Shown piece by piece: positions 1 through 9,737 of a DNA stretch of 45,378 nucleotides. The notes under the pieces were generated by a model that was given only the letters and a program-made list of their open reading frames with translations, searched no databases and was not told the DNA's origin. A program made the translations under genes and the position numbers. Source of the DNA: a virus (taxonomy: Duplodnaviria > Heunggongvirae > Uroviricota > Caudoviricetes); the IMG/VR virus record IMGVR_UViG_2563366799_000010, positions 1 to 45,378 of that record; one strand, written 5' to 3'. Positions within the stretch are counted from its first letter, which is position 1. Every line of letters starts with the position of its first letter.

Positions 1-933
1 ATGGACAACGACAAAATTGATCAACACAGCGACGAAATTGAAGTTGAGAGCGAAGAAAAAGAGCGCGGCAAAAAAATAGAAATAGATGAAGACCGACTCC
101 CCTCCCGGGCGATGGCAATTCATGAGCATATCCGCCAGGATGGTGAAAAAGAGCTGGAACGCGACGCAATGGCGCTACTGTGGTCAGCCATTGCGGCGGG
201 TCTGTCGATGGGCGCTTCGTTACTGGCAAAAGGGATATTTCATGTCGAACTGGAAGGTGTGCCGGGCAGCTTCTTGCTGGAGAATCTCGGTTATACCTTT
301 GGTTTTATTATCGTCATTATGGCCCGCCAGCAATTATTTACCGAAAATACCGTGACTGCGGTACTACCCGTCATGCAAAAACCGACAATGAGCAACGTCG
401 GCTTACTTATACGGTTATGGGGCGTCGTGCTGCTGGGTAATATTCTCGGGACAGGTATTGCGGCGTGGGCATTTGAATATATGCCTATCTTCAATGAAGA
501 AACTCGCGATGCATTTGTCAAAATCGGCATGGATGTGATGAAGAACACCCCCAGCGAGATGTTTGCCAACGCGATCATTTCCGGCTGGCTGATCGCCACT
601 ATGGTTTGGATGTTTCCTGCAGCGGGTGCGGCAAAGATTGTGGTGATTATATTGATGACCTGGCTTATTGCCCTGGGTGACACCACCCATATCGTGGTCG
701 GTTCTGTTGAAATCCTCTATCTGGTGTTTAACGGTACGCTGCACTGGAGCGATTTCATCTGGCCCTTCGCACTACCTACTTTAGCGGGGAACATCTGCGG
801 CGGCACCTTTATCTTCGCGTTAATGAGTCATGCACAGATTCGTAACGACATGAGCAATAAGCGTAAAGCAGAAGCACGCCAAAAAGCAGAACGTGCGGAA
901 AACATTAAGAAAAATTATAAAAACCCGGCATAA
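1..933 (+). CDS. yfdC: Formate/nitrite transporter (FNT) family inner membrane protein; host gene flanking the prophage
   Basis: 310-aa ORF with multiple hydrophobic helices; recognised as the E. coli gene that neighbours argW/intS. Confidence 0.75.
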   Translation: MDNDKIDQHSDEIEVESEEKERGKKIEIDEDRLPSRAMAIHEHIRQDGEKELERDAMALLWSAIAAGLSMGASLLAKGIFHVELEGVPGSFLLENLGYTFGFIIVIMARQQLFTENTVTAVLPVMQKPTMSNVGLLIRLWGVVLLGNILGTGIAAWAFEYMPIFNEETRDAFVKIGMDVMKNTPSEMFANAIISGWLIATMVWMFPAAGAAKIVVIILMTWLIALGDTTHIVVGSVEILYLVFNGTLHWSDFIWPFALPTLAGNICGGTFIFALMSHAQIRNDMSNKRKAEARQKAERAENIKKNYKNPA

Positions 934-1008
934 ATGGCGAGGGTTTAAGCAATCGAGCGGCAGCGTACTTACCCCGCACTCCATTAGCGGGTATACTCAT
1001 GCCGCATT

Positions 1009-1083
1009 GTCCTCTTAGTTAAATGGATATAACGAGCCCCTCCTAAGGGCTAATTGCAGGTTCGATTCCTGCAGGGGACACCA
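1009..1083 (+). tRNA. argW: tRNA-Arg (anticodon CCU), prophage integration target
   Basis: 75-nt cloverleaf read directly: acceptor GTCCTCT/AGGGGAC, anticodon loop CTCCTAA (anticodon CCT), T-arm GCAGG-TTCGATT-CCTGC, 3' CCA. Confidence 0.85.
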
Positions 1084-1244
1084 TTTATCAGTTCGCCTCC
1101 ATCCGTACCAGTCCGCAAAATCCCCTGAATATCAAGCCTTCCGTAGATTCACAGTTCGTCATGGTTCGCGTCAGATCGTTGACAGCCGCACTCCATGACG
1201 GGTAAAAAGTGGATAAAATAATTTTACCCACCGGATTTTTACCC

Positions 1245-2402
1245 ATGCTCACCGTTAAGCAGATTGAAGCAGCAAAGCCGAAAGAAAAACCATACCGCCT
1301 TCTCGATGGTAATGGCCTGTACCTTTATGTCCCTGTATCAGGGAAAAAGGTATGGCAGCTTCGCTACAAGATTGACGGTAAGGAGAAAATCCTGACCGTA
1401 GGAAAATATCCGCTAATGACTTTGCAGGAAGCAAGAGATAAAGCATGGACCGCGAGGAAAGACATCTCGGTTGGCATCGATCCGGTAAAAGCGAAAAAGG
1501 CTTCGTCTAACAACAATTCCTTTAGTGCCATTTACAAGGAATGGTACGAGCACAAGAAGCAAGTCTGGTCAGTAGGCTATGCAACTGAACTTGCCAAAAT
1601 GTTTGATGACGACATTTTACCCATCATCGGCGGTCTTGAGATTCAGGATATTGAGCCGATGCAACTGCTGGAAGTAATCCGCAGATTTGAAGATCGCGGT
1701 GCAATGGAGCGAGCAAATAAAGCCCGCAGAAGATGCGGCGAGGTTTTCCGTTACGCTATTGTCACCGGCAGGGCTAAATATAACCCGGCACCTGACCTTG
1801 CAGACGCCATGAAAGGATACCGCAAGAAGAACTTCCCGTTTCTTCCTGCAGACCAGATCCCGGCATTCAACAAAGCACTGGCAACATTTTCAGGAAGTAT
1901 CGTATCGCTCATTGCGACCAAAGTTTTACGCTACACAGCCCTAAGAACGAAAGAGCTTCGCTCCATGCAATGGAAGAACGTCGATTTTGAAAACAGGATT
2001 ATCACCATCGACGCCAGTGTGATGAAGGGCCGCAAGATTCATGTTGTTCCTATGTCAGACCAGGTGGTTGAACTTCTCACTACGCTAAGCTCAATCACTA
2101 AACCAGTATCAGAGTTTGTTTTTGCCGGGCGCAACGATAAGAAGAAGCCAATCTGCGAGAACGCGGTATTGCTTGTGATTAAACAAATCGGCTATGAGGG
2201 TCTGGAAAGCGGTCACGGATTCAGGCATGAATTCAGCACGATTATGAACGAGCACGAATGGCCTGCTGACGCTATTGAAGTGCAACTTGCACATGCCAAC
2301 GGCGGATCTGTGCGCGGGATTTACAACCATGCTCAGTATCTAGATAAGCGCAGAGAAATGATGCAATGGTGGGCGGACTGGATTGATGGGAAGGTGGAGT
2401 GA
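1245..2402 (+). CDS. intS: P4-type tyrosine integrase (site-specific recombinase)
   Basis: 385 aa from the internal ATG (ORF track starts at a GTG at 1209); C-terminal HGFRHEF...HAQYL catalytic-type motifs; directly downstream of argW. Confidence 0.85.
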   Translation: MLTVKQIEAAKPKEKPYRLLDGNGLYLYVPVSGKKVWQLRYKIDGKEKILTVGKYPLMTLQEARDKAWTARKDISVGIDPVKAKKASSNNNSFSAIYKEWYEHKKQVWSVGYATELAKMFDDDILPIIGGLEIQDIEPMQLLEVIRRFEDRGAMERANKARRRCGEVFRYAIVTGRAKYNPAPDLADAMKGYRKKNFPFLPADQIPAFNKALATFSGSIVSLIATKVLRYTALRTKELRSMQWKNVDFENRIITIDASVMKGRKIHVVPMSDQVVELLTTLSSITKPVSEFVFAGRNDKKKPICENAVLLVIKQIGYEGLESGHGFRHEFSTIMNEHEWPADAIEVQLAHANGGSVRGIYNHAQYLDKRREMMQWWADWIDGKVE

Positions 2403-2422
2403 TCCACCTTAACTATCGAATG

Positions 2423-2470
2423 ACACAAAGCTTTGCGATCAAGGGCAAAGCTTTGTGTGTTTTAGTTTTG
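2423..2470. terminator. Bidirectional rho-independent terminator between convergent int and tail fiber assembly genes
   Basis: Perfect 14-bp inverted repeat ACACAAAGCTTTGC / GCAAAGCTTTGTGT with 8-nt loop, followed by TTTTAGTTTTG. Confidence 0.55.
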
Positions 2471-2495
2471 TCCTGTGTGCCAGATATTGAATGGC

Positions 2496-3089
2496 CTACG
2501 CCTCCGGCTGTTCAGGCCAGATGATATCCGGCGCGGTGCTGGTATCTGTTGCCGTCACCGCGTCAATGTAATCCAGCACGGCGTTAAGTCGGGTTGTTTC
2601 TGCCTGCGTCAGCTTCCGCCCGGCCTGCAATTTCAGTTGAATCAGACTGATGGAAGCCATTGCAGCATCAATCAGCGACTGGCGCTGTGCTTCTGCCGCG
2701 TCTACTGCGGCACCGTGTTGTGCCTCAGAATCTGTCACCCATTTCTCACCATCCCATTTATCATATGGCGTTGAGGGTGCAGTGCTTGTAAACCCATTCT
2801 TTATGGGGCCAATATAATCGACCATTGATGTATCACCACTTTCAGTTGAGTAAACTGTTTCCCCGCGATAATCTTCCTGCTGCTCCCATCCAATACCAGT
2901 AAATACTGGAATCTTCCCAGCCACTTCATCACCTGGCTCAATATCAGTAGAATGGCCTGGCATGCTCACACCAACATGAATATACTCATCAGACCATCCC
3001 ATGTATTCAAACGTCACCGCGTCGTAGTAATAGCACCGGATTTCACCCGGTTCTGTTGCCAGTCCATTTTCATCGAAAACAGGTTTCAT
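2496..3089 (-). CDS. Tail fiber assembly protein (chaperone)
   Basis: 197-aa ORF directly downstream of the fiber gene; sequence character typical of Tfa-type fiber chaperones. Confidence 0.65.
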   Translation of the reverse strand: MKPVFDENGLATEPGEIRCYYYDAVTFEYMGWSDEYIHVGVSMPGHSTDIEPGDEVAGKIPVFTGIGWEQQEDYRGETVYSTESGDTSMVDYIGPIKNGFTSTAPSTPYDKWDGEKWVTDSEAQHGAAVDAAEAQRQSLIDAAMASISLIQLKLQAGRKLTQAETTRLNAVLDYIDAVTATDTSTAPDIIWPEQPEA

Positions 3090-3844
3090 TATTTAGCCCT
3101 TACTAAAAAGTTGAATGCAATGTTACGTGGGCGTGTTTCGGTGCCGCCTGCATTTTCAATCGCCTGAAGTTGCCCGCCGCCTGGTTGGTTAATGTTGTAA
3201 GTGAGCGTTCCATTTAAACTACTATCAATACCAATAACATTGCCGGTCCCTGCACTACCTGCGCTCATGAGCAATCGGTGCGAGTGGCTTTGATAGGTAT
3301 GACCCTGAGCGCTTAACAGGCCACGGCCTGCATCAACTCCGCGCCCATCATCCCAGATACGAATAAATTCACCCCGTGATTCAGTAAGAACCAGGCCAGG
3401 GAAAACAAGCGCCAGTTTCGGGTAAGTTGTCGCTGAGAATGTCGCCCCGTTGAACTTCAGAAACGCCATATCAGCCCATTCAGTCATTACCGTATTGGGC
3501 ATCGCCGAGGACGGCCAGAAGAACGGAATACCGATAGCTGGCGCGCCAGCTCCCAAACGGAGGTTTGCGATAAGCGCATTCGTGAATTTTGTCACCAGAC
3601 CGTTAACGTCAGCATTGTCCAGAGCATCCGCGCCAGAGTTCGCAATAAACTGGCCCACCAGCGCAGCGATTGTTGTCGCCTGCCGAATTGCTTTGTTGAC
3701 CTGTGCGCTGGATGCTTTGCCTGCCGTAAAACCAGAAAGCAGAGCCGGAAGTGCTTCCCAGTCAGCTTGTGAAGTGACATTAGCGTTCGGATCAAGCGCG
3801 AACGCTTTAAAGTTATTTATTGCCATTAGAGTAAAGTCCCCCAT
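3089..3844 (-). CDS. Tail fiber protein with tail-collar-type C-terminal domain
   Basis: 251 aa; C-terminal region (..KLALVFPGLVLTESRGEFIRIWDDGRGVDAGRG..) resembles the phage tail collar fold; position upstream of Tfa; start may be the internal ATG near 3826. Confidence 0.6.
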   Translation of the reverse strand: MGDFTLMAINNFKAFALDPNANVTSQADWEALPALLSGFTAGKASSAQVNKAIRQATTIAALVGQFIANSGADALDNADVNGLVTKFTNALIANLRLGAGAPAIGIPFFWPSSAMPNTVMTEWADMAFLKFNGATFSATTYPKLALVFPGLVLTESRGEFIRIWDDGRGVDAGRGLLSAQGHTYQSHSHRLLMSAGSAGTGNVIGIDSSLNGTLTYNINQPGGGQLQAIENAGGTETRPRNIAFNFLVRAK

Positions 3845-4506
3845 GCTCCAACATCAAAACCACTGATGAATTCGTTATCCATATCAAAACCAAAAAATTT
3901 AGAACCCTCGGAAGGTGTTTCTACCGAAGGCGTTTCAACATCCCCAGCCCATACGCCAGCTGCTTTAACGGTGAGATAACCCTGTTTGATAGCGGCTATC
4001 AGTTCGAGTGACACATCAGAAATATCAGTCTCGGGAAAAACCCAGACCGATATCGTCATGTCCTGGTTATCGACTATCTGCATTCGCAGTCCGGATCCTG
4101 CTGTTGCCGCGTCAAGAATTACCGGAAGCGAATCATTCCGTCCGTCCCAGTTATTAATCGCAATCTTCGCTTTAAGAATGACACGATAAGTTTCATCGCT
4201 GAGATACATGTATCCTGAATCAGGATCATATGGCCCCTGCCATACCCCCTGATCATATCCAAGCCCGTCGGTATCCCAGCTGAAATAGACACCTGAGATA
4301 GGCTGGCTGACAACACGGCTACGTCCGATCCACAATCCCAGAATGTCAAGTTGCACACCAACCGCAGAGTCAATATCAAATGCAGTAATCAGCCCTCTGG
4401 TGGCAGCCGCAACATCAATAAGTGGCCGGGTCATCAGATCAACATGCGCAAGAAATTTAGGTTTGGTGGCGTGGTAGTTCGTGATTATTTCGGTGTATTT
4501 GCTCAT
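3826..4506 (-). CDS. Baseplate/tail protein (DUF2612-like)
   Basis: 226-aa ORF between the baseplate J-like gene and the fiber gene; overlapping stop/start junctions. Confidence 0.45.
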   Translation of the reverse strand: MSKYTEIITNYHATKPKFLAHVDLMTRPLIDVAAATRGLITAFDIDSAVGVQLDILGLWIGRSRVVSQPISGVYFSWDTDGLGYDQGVWQGPYDPDSGYMYLSDETYRVILKAKIAINNWDGRNDSLPVILDAATAGSGLRMQIVDNQDMTISVWVFPETDISDVSLELIAAIKQGYLTVKAAGVWAGDVETPSVETPSEGSKFFGFDMDNEFISGFDVGAWGTLL

Positions 4507-5702
4507 GACTCCACCGTTATAACGATATTTTCCGGGGTACAGGACGCAGATTCGTTGTATCTGATATCAATGTTTGATGACGACAAAGCCCCCGGGGATT
4601 TCCCAATCGTCAGTTCCTGAATATCGTAATAGCGTGCATTACCGCCACTCACCACGCCAAGATTCGCCGGTGAGTAAATGCGACTTAAAAGGACCGAATC
4701 ACCAATCATCAGACTATTGATATAGTCGGAAATAGCCTGCTGGATCTGCTGCCCTATCTGTGAGGTATAACCCGTAAAAACTTTTAATTTAATCCGGGCA
4801 TAAACAGGTACATCACTGGAACGCGAGAATTTGATTACATGGGGATTGCCGTATTTATCCGGAACCGTAACGGATGTTGTACCGTGAGTGGCTGTCCCCT
4901 GGCCTTTATTCCCTCTGATAGCCTGAGCAATATCCGTCACATCACCGCCATCCACAATTACAGCAACAGAGTGTGGCGGTAACCCGTTACCGTCCTCCGA
5001 ACCAGTATCGTTTTCATAGAGTTTGTGGCGGGTTACACCGGTAACATTAGAAACGGCACCATCCAGTGCTTCAAATGGGGTTATTGATGGCAACGCAACA
5101 CTTTGCGACTGGCGGATACGTAACTCCGCATCAGTTTCTGCTGGAGTGCCTACAGTAGCTGCAGCAGGATTGGTTACCGAAACCCAGCCACGGGTTGGCG
5201 TATTAATTTCAGTGATAGTTCCAGCCAGCGCCGCCACTGCACCACTGACGGAACATTTTGCGGTCGCCATCACTGTACCATCCACGCCGACCACCACTGA
5301 AGCAGGCAAACGCCATATCACATTATTACTGTCTTTCACGCTGCCATTAATGATGGTTGTTCCGGCAGTTCCTGTAAGAAGCAAATCAACCGTAGAGTTC
5401 GTCGCGCCTTTACGTGAAATACCATTTATTTTCACGTTGCTGGTCAGTGCAGCCCCATAGCCGGTTGCCGGTGAAAAACAGTTGTAGACAGTTATCGCCA
5501 TATTATTGGCATCATGAATCGCCAGCGCCATCAGAGCCACCATCTGGCCGTCTTTGCTGTCCGGTTCGAGGTAGGCATCACTGCCATAAACCTGCTGAAA
5601 ATAGCTAATCAGGGTGCTGAGTATCGTCTGATAATCAGGCGCACTGATCCCCTCCGCGGTTACCTTTGCAGATAAACCGAGAGAATCAAGGTTCAGAGCC
5701 AT
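4503..5702 (-). CDS. Baseplate J-like protein
   Basis: 399-aa ORF; size, position and sequence character of baseplate J/gp47-like wedge proteins. Confidence 0.65.
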   Translation of the reverse strand: MALNLDSLGLSAKVTAEGISAPDYQTILSTLISYFQQVYGSDAYLEPDSKDGQMVALMALAIHDANNMAITVYNCFSPATGYGAALTSNVKINGISRKGATNSTVDLLLTGTAGTTIINGSVKDSNNVIWRLPASVVVGVDGTVMATAKCSVSGAVAALAGTITEINTPTRGWVSVTNPAAATVGTPAETDAELRIRQSQSVALPSITPFEALDGAVSNVTGVTRHKLYENDTGSEDGNGLPPHSVAVIVDGGDVTDIAQAIRGNKGQGTATHGTTSVTVPDKYGNPHVIKFSRSSDVPVYARIKLKVFTGYTSQIGQQIQQAISDYINSLMIGDSVLLSRIYSPANLGVVSGGNARYYDIQELTIGKSPGALSSSNIDIRYNESASCTPENIVITVES

Positions 5703-6055
5703 TACGCCTCCGATGTAACAGTCGTTATTCCATAGAGAGTGTCGATTTCAGCGGAAAACATGACACGTCGGGTCGTGGTATCCACCGTCGTATTGAAAGA
5801 GAGGATTGATTTAACGCCCCGCGTTTCCAGAATGCGTTTTCTGATCGCCAGGTTGTAAGTTTCCGGTTTTTGCCTGCCCAGTACGGACTGAATCCACGGT
5901 GTCCCCTCGGTGGTGTCGAGGAACCATTGCCCGTACCATAATTCGAATCGCGTTTTCACGGCCTGCGCCACGGCCTCTGGTGAGTTAATCAGCCAGGTAT
6001 CATCGCCGCTGCCAAAGGTGTAATCACCGTCGGCGTCTTCACGTCTGTATCGCAT
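5702..6055 (-). CDS. Small baseplate protein (gp25/XkdS-like)
   Basis: 117-aa ORF translationally coupled between spike and baseplate J genes. Confidence 0.45.
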   Translation of the reverse strand: MRYRREDADGDYTFGSGDDTWLINSPEAVAQAVKTRFELWYGQWFLDTTEGTPWIQSVLGRQKPETYNLAIRKRILETRGVKSILSFNTTVDTTTRRVMFSAEIDTLYGITTVTSEA

Positions 6056-6810
6056 CAGTTAGGCGCTCCTGTGTTACCGCCGCCGGTCTGTACTCCGCCG
6101 TGCGTGTGCGTCATCAGGCTCTTACCACCAGCTTTTACATCGTTAGTCACCGTGACAGGGCCAAGCATCGTCGCGGTGCCGCCGCTTTCGCCCATCCCCT
6201 GAGAGAGATTCCCGTTTATCGTCACGTTGCCGTTTAGCGTGATGGTGGGTGATGTGATCGTGGTTCCTCCTTCTGCTGTCGCCGTCAGCGCGCCGGGGGT
6301 TTTAACCGTGATGTTATGGCCTGCGGCCACTTCCACAAACGCAGCGCCATCATCAGTACGCAGTTGCGCGGCGCTGGTGCTGATTCCGCTGATTTTCTGC
6401 GCCTGAGACTGCGGACCGACGATACAGAACGCATCCGATAAGTCATGCACCCGGTCGTCGACAGGCTCCTGCACTCCGCCGTTCTGCCACCAGAAATCGA
6501 TGCAGCGATCGGCGAAAATCACCAGGCATTCATCACCGGCTTTAACCGGGAACGTTAGCGTGCATCCCCCGCCGCGCGGAAATACCACCGGTACATCCAC
6601 CAGCAGCGGGTAATTTTTGGTAACGCGGTTCCCGTCGTTATCCGTTTCAACCGAACGGATAGCAGGCTGCACAACCGCCGTAACCGCGTCAGGGTCGAAT
6701 GACTGGACGATGCCAGGCAAAGCGACGCGGATCTGGTTCTTTGTGGTGTCCCTCTCAGATTTGAATGTTTCGGCAAGGTCGCCGCTGCGGGTCTGGTCAG
6801 ATACTGCCAT
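6055..6810 (-). CDS. Baseplate spike / gpV-like protein
   Basis: Gly/Thr-rich C-terminus typical of spike proteins; ORF track start at 6831 is a TTG, ATG at 6810 has a GGAG RBS. Confidence 0.55.
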   Translation of the reverse strand: MAVSDQTRSGDLAETFKSERDTTKNQIRVALPGIVQSFDPDAVTAVVQPAIRSVETDNDGNRVTKNYPLLVDVPVVFPRGGGCTLTFPVKAGDECLVIFADRCIDFWWQNGGVQEPVDDRVHDLSDAFCIVGPQSQAQKISGISTSAAQLRTDDGAAFVEVAAGHNITVKTPGALTATAEGGTTITSPTITLNGNVTINGNLSQGMGESGGTATMLGPVTVTNDVKAGGKSLMTHTHGGVQTGGGNTGAPN

Positions 6811-6828
6811 TTGGTAGGCTCCAGAAAG

Positions 6829-6856
6829 CAAAAAACCCGCCGGGTGGCGGGTTTAT
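6829..6856 (-). terminator. Rho-independent terminator closing the inserted two-gene moron
   Basis: Minus-strand hairpin AAACCCGCC-ACCC-GGCGGGUUU followed by a U-tract; right arm overlaps the stop codon of the 138-aa gene. Confidence 0.55.
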
Positions 6857-7269
6857 GAATCGTAGGTTTTCAATTTTTCGAGTTCATCAGGAGGAAGTTC
6901 TATGAAGGTTTCCTCAGCTAATTTTATCAGCCTGGGAAGCATCGAATCAGCTTGCTGATGAGCGTTTGGGCTGATGATTGCCAATATCTGATAGTGTTCA
7001 TCGACATAAAGATGCTGAGCATATACCAAAAAATTATCACATGTCCGTTCACTCAGAGATGCTTCTGGAGGCCAGGGTTTATCGCCAGGTAGCTTTAAGT
7101 GAATTTTCCTGATGTTGGCAGCCATCGCATCATAGTTACGTTCAAAACCGCCTAACGAACCAAAACACCAGAACTGGGAACCCTTAGAAATATAATCGGC
7201 AAGCATTTGAGCATACTTATGTGCTGCAGCTAAATGACGCAATTCTCCCGTGATACTGACTTTTGCCAT
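6853..7269 (-). CDS. Hypothetical protein (moron gene 2 of 2) inserted in the baseplate module
   Basis: 138-aa ORF, 1-nt gap from upstream gene, own terminator, visibly more AT-rich than flanking tail genes; no recognisable motif. Confidence 0.55.
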   Translation of the reverse strand: MAKVSITGELRHLAAAHKYAQMLADYISKGSQFWCFGSLGGFERNYDAMAANIRKIHLKLPGDKPWPPEASLSERTCDNFLVYAQHLYVDEHYQILAIISPNAHQQADSMLPRLIKLAEETFIELPPDELEKLKTYDS

Positions 7270-7270
7270 G

Positions 7271-7843
7271 TCACATCCATTTAGGGGCGTCGGCTCCCAG
7301 CATCTTATGCGATGTTGAGATCAGTTCAATCGCCTCTTCACGGGTAACATTCTCTGACAAGAGTTCAGCCTGGAAAGGCTGAGATTGCCTAACTTCAGCG
7401 GCCAACTGAGTTGCAGTGTTCTCGACGGCGGTCAATGCACGAACATATTTGCGTTTTAATGGGCGCAACATTTGCAGATGGCCTTGCCACATAGGGGACC
7501 TTTCCGCTTCAGAGAACATATCCACTAAATGACCTTTAGCATTTCGGCATGCCTTAGCAAGACCTTCGAGGTGGGATAAAAACCCTTCCGGAAGCTCATC
7601 AACAATGATTCTTCCATTTCGAAAAGCTTCGAGATGAGACATGCCTTCCTTCGCGGTATTTTCGATTTCTTGAGCGCGTGCAGCAATCGCGGTACAACGA
7701 CGAAATGCCTCTTCAGCATCTAATCGTTGTGGCAGTTCACAAGCATTAGAGATCAGGGGTTTGAAAGCACCGTTAACAGCTTCCTGAACCTGATTCATTT
7801 GTTGTGTAATTGTTGCCAGCGCAAATGCGTAGCTAATCGCCAT
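7271..7843 (-). CDS. Hypothetical alpha-helical protein (moron gene 1 of 2)
   Basis: ORF track start (7849) is a TTG; ATG at 7843 has a GAGGGA RBS; preceded by a 160-bp AT-rich non-coding region. Confidence 0.55.
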   Translation of the reverse strand: MAISYAFALATITQQMNQVQEAVNGAFKPLISNACELPQRLDAEEAFRRCTAIAARAQEIENTAKEGMSHLEAFRNGRIIVDELPEGFLSHLEGLAKACRNAKGHLVDMFSEAERSPMWQGHLQMLRPLKRKYVRALTAVENTATQLAAEVRQSQPFQAELLSENVTREEAIELISTSHKMLGADAPKWM

Positions 7844-8011
7844 ACCCAATCCCTCTGTCGTTTTAAACGACTATACACCACTTATTCAAAGTTAGCTGAG
7901 CGCTAAAAGTTCGCAAAGTTTAGTGATCATGCAACCACCTAGCAAGCGATAAAAAATCATTATTTAGTGAATGTGAACAAACTCAACACTATGCAGAAAT
8001 GTAACTTTTGG

Positions 8012-8365
8012 TTAACCATCAACCTTTTTACACGGGAATGAACCGATGATTTTCGGCGCGTCCATGTTGTTCTGCAGCAGCTGGACGTTCAGGAATCGCG
8101 TTTCGGTACCCGGACGGCGAATGTATTCAAAGCCATAATTGTTGCCATCTTTAGCAGGCATAAGCCCCATATCAGCCTTCATCCCGTTACCGTCACCGAG
8201 GGTTTTAATTTTCTGTGACGTAACGTATTCCCCATTAATCCTAAACATTGAATCAGGAATTAGCTCCAGCTTGTAACCTGCGCATTGCAAGGTTATGCCG
8301 CCACTGTTCGCAGCCAGTGACAATCCCGGCAAGAGGAATAACCCGACTAAAGCCAACCTTTTCAT
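8012..8365 (-). CDS. Secreted/periplasmic small protein with signal peptide
   Basis: N-terminus MKRLALVGLFLLPGLSLA-AN is a classic Sec signal peptide with AxA cleavage site; GGAAGG RBS before the ATG; starts 2 nt after the upstream tail gene. Confidence 0.55.
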   Translation of the reverse strand: MKRLALVGLFLLPGLSLAANSGGITLQCAGYKLELIPDSMFRINGEYVTSQKIKTLGDGNGMKADMGLMPAKDGNNYGFEYIRRPGTETRFLNVQLLQNNMDAPKIIGSFPCKKVDG

Positions 8366-8367
8366 TA

Positions 8368-9432
8368 TCAACCTTCCCGTTGCGAAGACGATGCAGAACG
8401 AAGATCCTGCGCTCCACGCGCTTCACACATCATGTCCATGTACCACGCCTGGCCCCTTGTATCGCCAGTGTACATAATCCCGCGCACAATATAAACGCCA
8501 TCTGTTGCGATACTGGCAGGCTGCGCCGTGGTGCCGCTGAGCGTGATATTTCCGTCCGTGTTCTGGTCGGTGATCTGCCCACCAGCCATAGCGATATCGT
8601 TGTTCGACAACGCGGTGCGATATACGGAAGCCTGATCCAGCTGAATAAGCCCGTTAACCCGGATATTCGGGTTAATCAGCGCGCGGACGTTTACGCCGTT
8701 TCCGATGGTCTGCTGCGGCATGCCGATAAGCCCGGTGGCGCTGTTGAGCACAATCGCGTCGTGAACATACTCGTTATTCGCCACCATCTGCCGCTGGCCG
8801 TCCACGAACTGCCATGTTGCGCCACATTGCCCGGCCACGTTATCCATAAGATGCCGTGTCATGCCGAACAGCACCCGGCCCCGGGGGAATACGGTAGCAG
8901 GCATTTCAGGCGTCAGGCCTTCGGTCGCGCCTTTGGCCTCGAAGTCTTTCATCAGCGCGCGGTTCACGTCTGCAACCGTGTAACCTGCTGCCAGCGTCTG
9001 CGAGGTTATGCTGGTGGCAAACGCCAGATCCGTATCGGCTGCCTGAATCAGGACATAGGAATCAATAGGGCTGTCTTTACCGGTGACCGAGTAGCGAATA
9101 TCGCCGCTGAAAATCAGCCCGTAGTTACGGCCATCACTCTGGCCCACGTCCGAAGCGTCGACTTCGCGCACGGTCCCGACGTCGCTTGCCGCCACCTCCG
9201 GCGCGATACCGTCGTAACCGGCAATCAGCCGCACTTTCGAAAACTCCTGCCCGGTGATGCGGTTCACCGTATCAGCTGACAGGTTGTAGATTTTGAACGT
9301 TCCCACCCGCGACGCGCTGCTGATGTTGAACCAGTCGATCGTAAAGGTCACTTTAAAATCGCTGAGCTCAATCCCCTGCCCGTTATTATCCACGAGCTGC
9401 AGCTCGAAATGTCTCATCCAGTTCTGTGACAT
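8368..9432 (-). CDS. Baseplate hub / tail protein
   Basis: 354-aa ORF in the tail module, translationally coupled to neighbours. Confidence 0.45.
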   Translation of the reverse strand: MSQNWMRHFELQLVDNNGQGIELSDFKVTFTIDWFNISSASRVGTFKIYNLSADTVNRITGQEFSKVRLIAGYDGIAPEVAASDVGTVREVDASDVGQSDGRNYGLIFSGDIRYSVTGKDSPIDSYVLIQAADTDLAFATSITSQTLAAGYTVADVNRALMKDFEAKGATEGLTPEMPATVFPRGRVLFGMTRHLMDNVAGQCGATWQFVDGQRQMVANNEYVHDAIVLNSATGLIGMPQQTIGNGVNVRALINPNIRVNGLIQLDQASVYRTALSNNDIAMAGGQITDQNTDGNITLSGTTAQPASIATDGVYIVRGIMYTGDTRGQAWYMDMMCEARGAQDLRSASSSQREG

Positions 9433-9434
9433 GC

Positions 9435-9737
9435 TTACTCCGTTGATACCAGTAAATGACTACGGCCGCCCAGGTCGGTTTTCGTCGGATAATCCTGTGT
9501 GCTGTCGTCACAGACCACCACCAGCTTAAAGCCGAGCCCCATATAGCCGTACTGCGCCAGCAGGTCAGCGCCCGTGACGAGAGGAATACCGGAGATTACC
9601 GGATCCCCTCTGTCGTTCTGCAGGTCCATAATCCAGTACAGATCTCGCCATATGATGCTAATCCGCCAGGTGGTCCCCGCCAGGATGATGCTGAATTGCT
9701 GGTTATCCGCTGTCAGCGGGATTTCCTGAATTGCCAT
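9435..9737 (-). CDS. Tail/baseplate small protein
   Basis: 100-aa ORF coupled between tail genes. Confidence 0.4.
   Translation of the reverse strand: MAIQEIPLTADNQQFSIILAGTTWRISIIWRDLYWIMDLQNDRGDPVISGIPLVTGADLLAQYGYMGLGFKLVVVCDDSTQDYPTKTDLGGRSHLLVSTE

Noticed and set aside
2475-2774. 99-aa Cys-rich plus-strand ORF after the integrase
   Set aside because: Starts downstream of the bidirectional terminator and overlaps the tail fiber assembly gene antisense.
8248-9279. 343-aa ORF on the plus strand
   Set aside because: Lies entirely antisense to the tail gene at 8368-9432 and the secreted-protein gene; Arg/His-rich composition typical of antisense translation of GC-rich coding DNA; no RBS.
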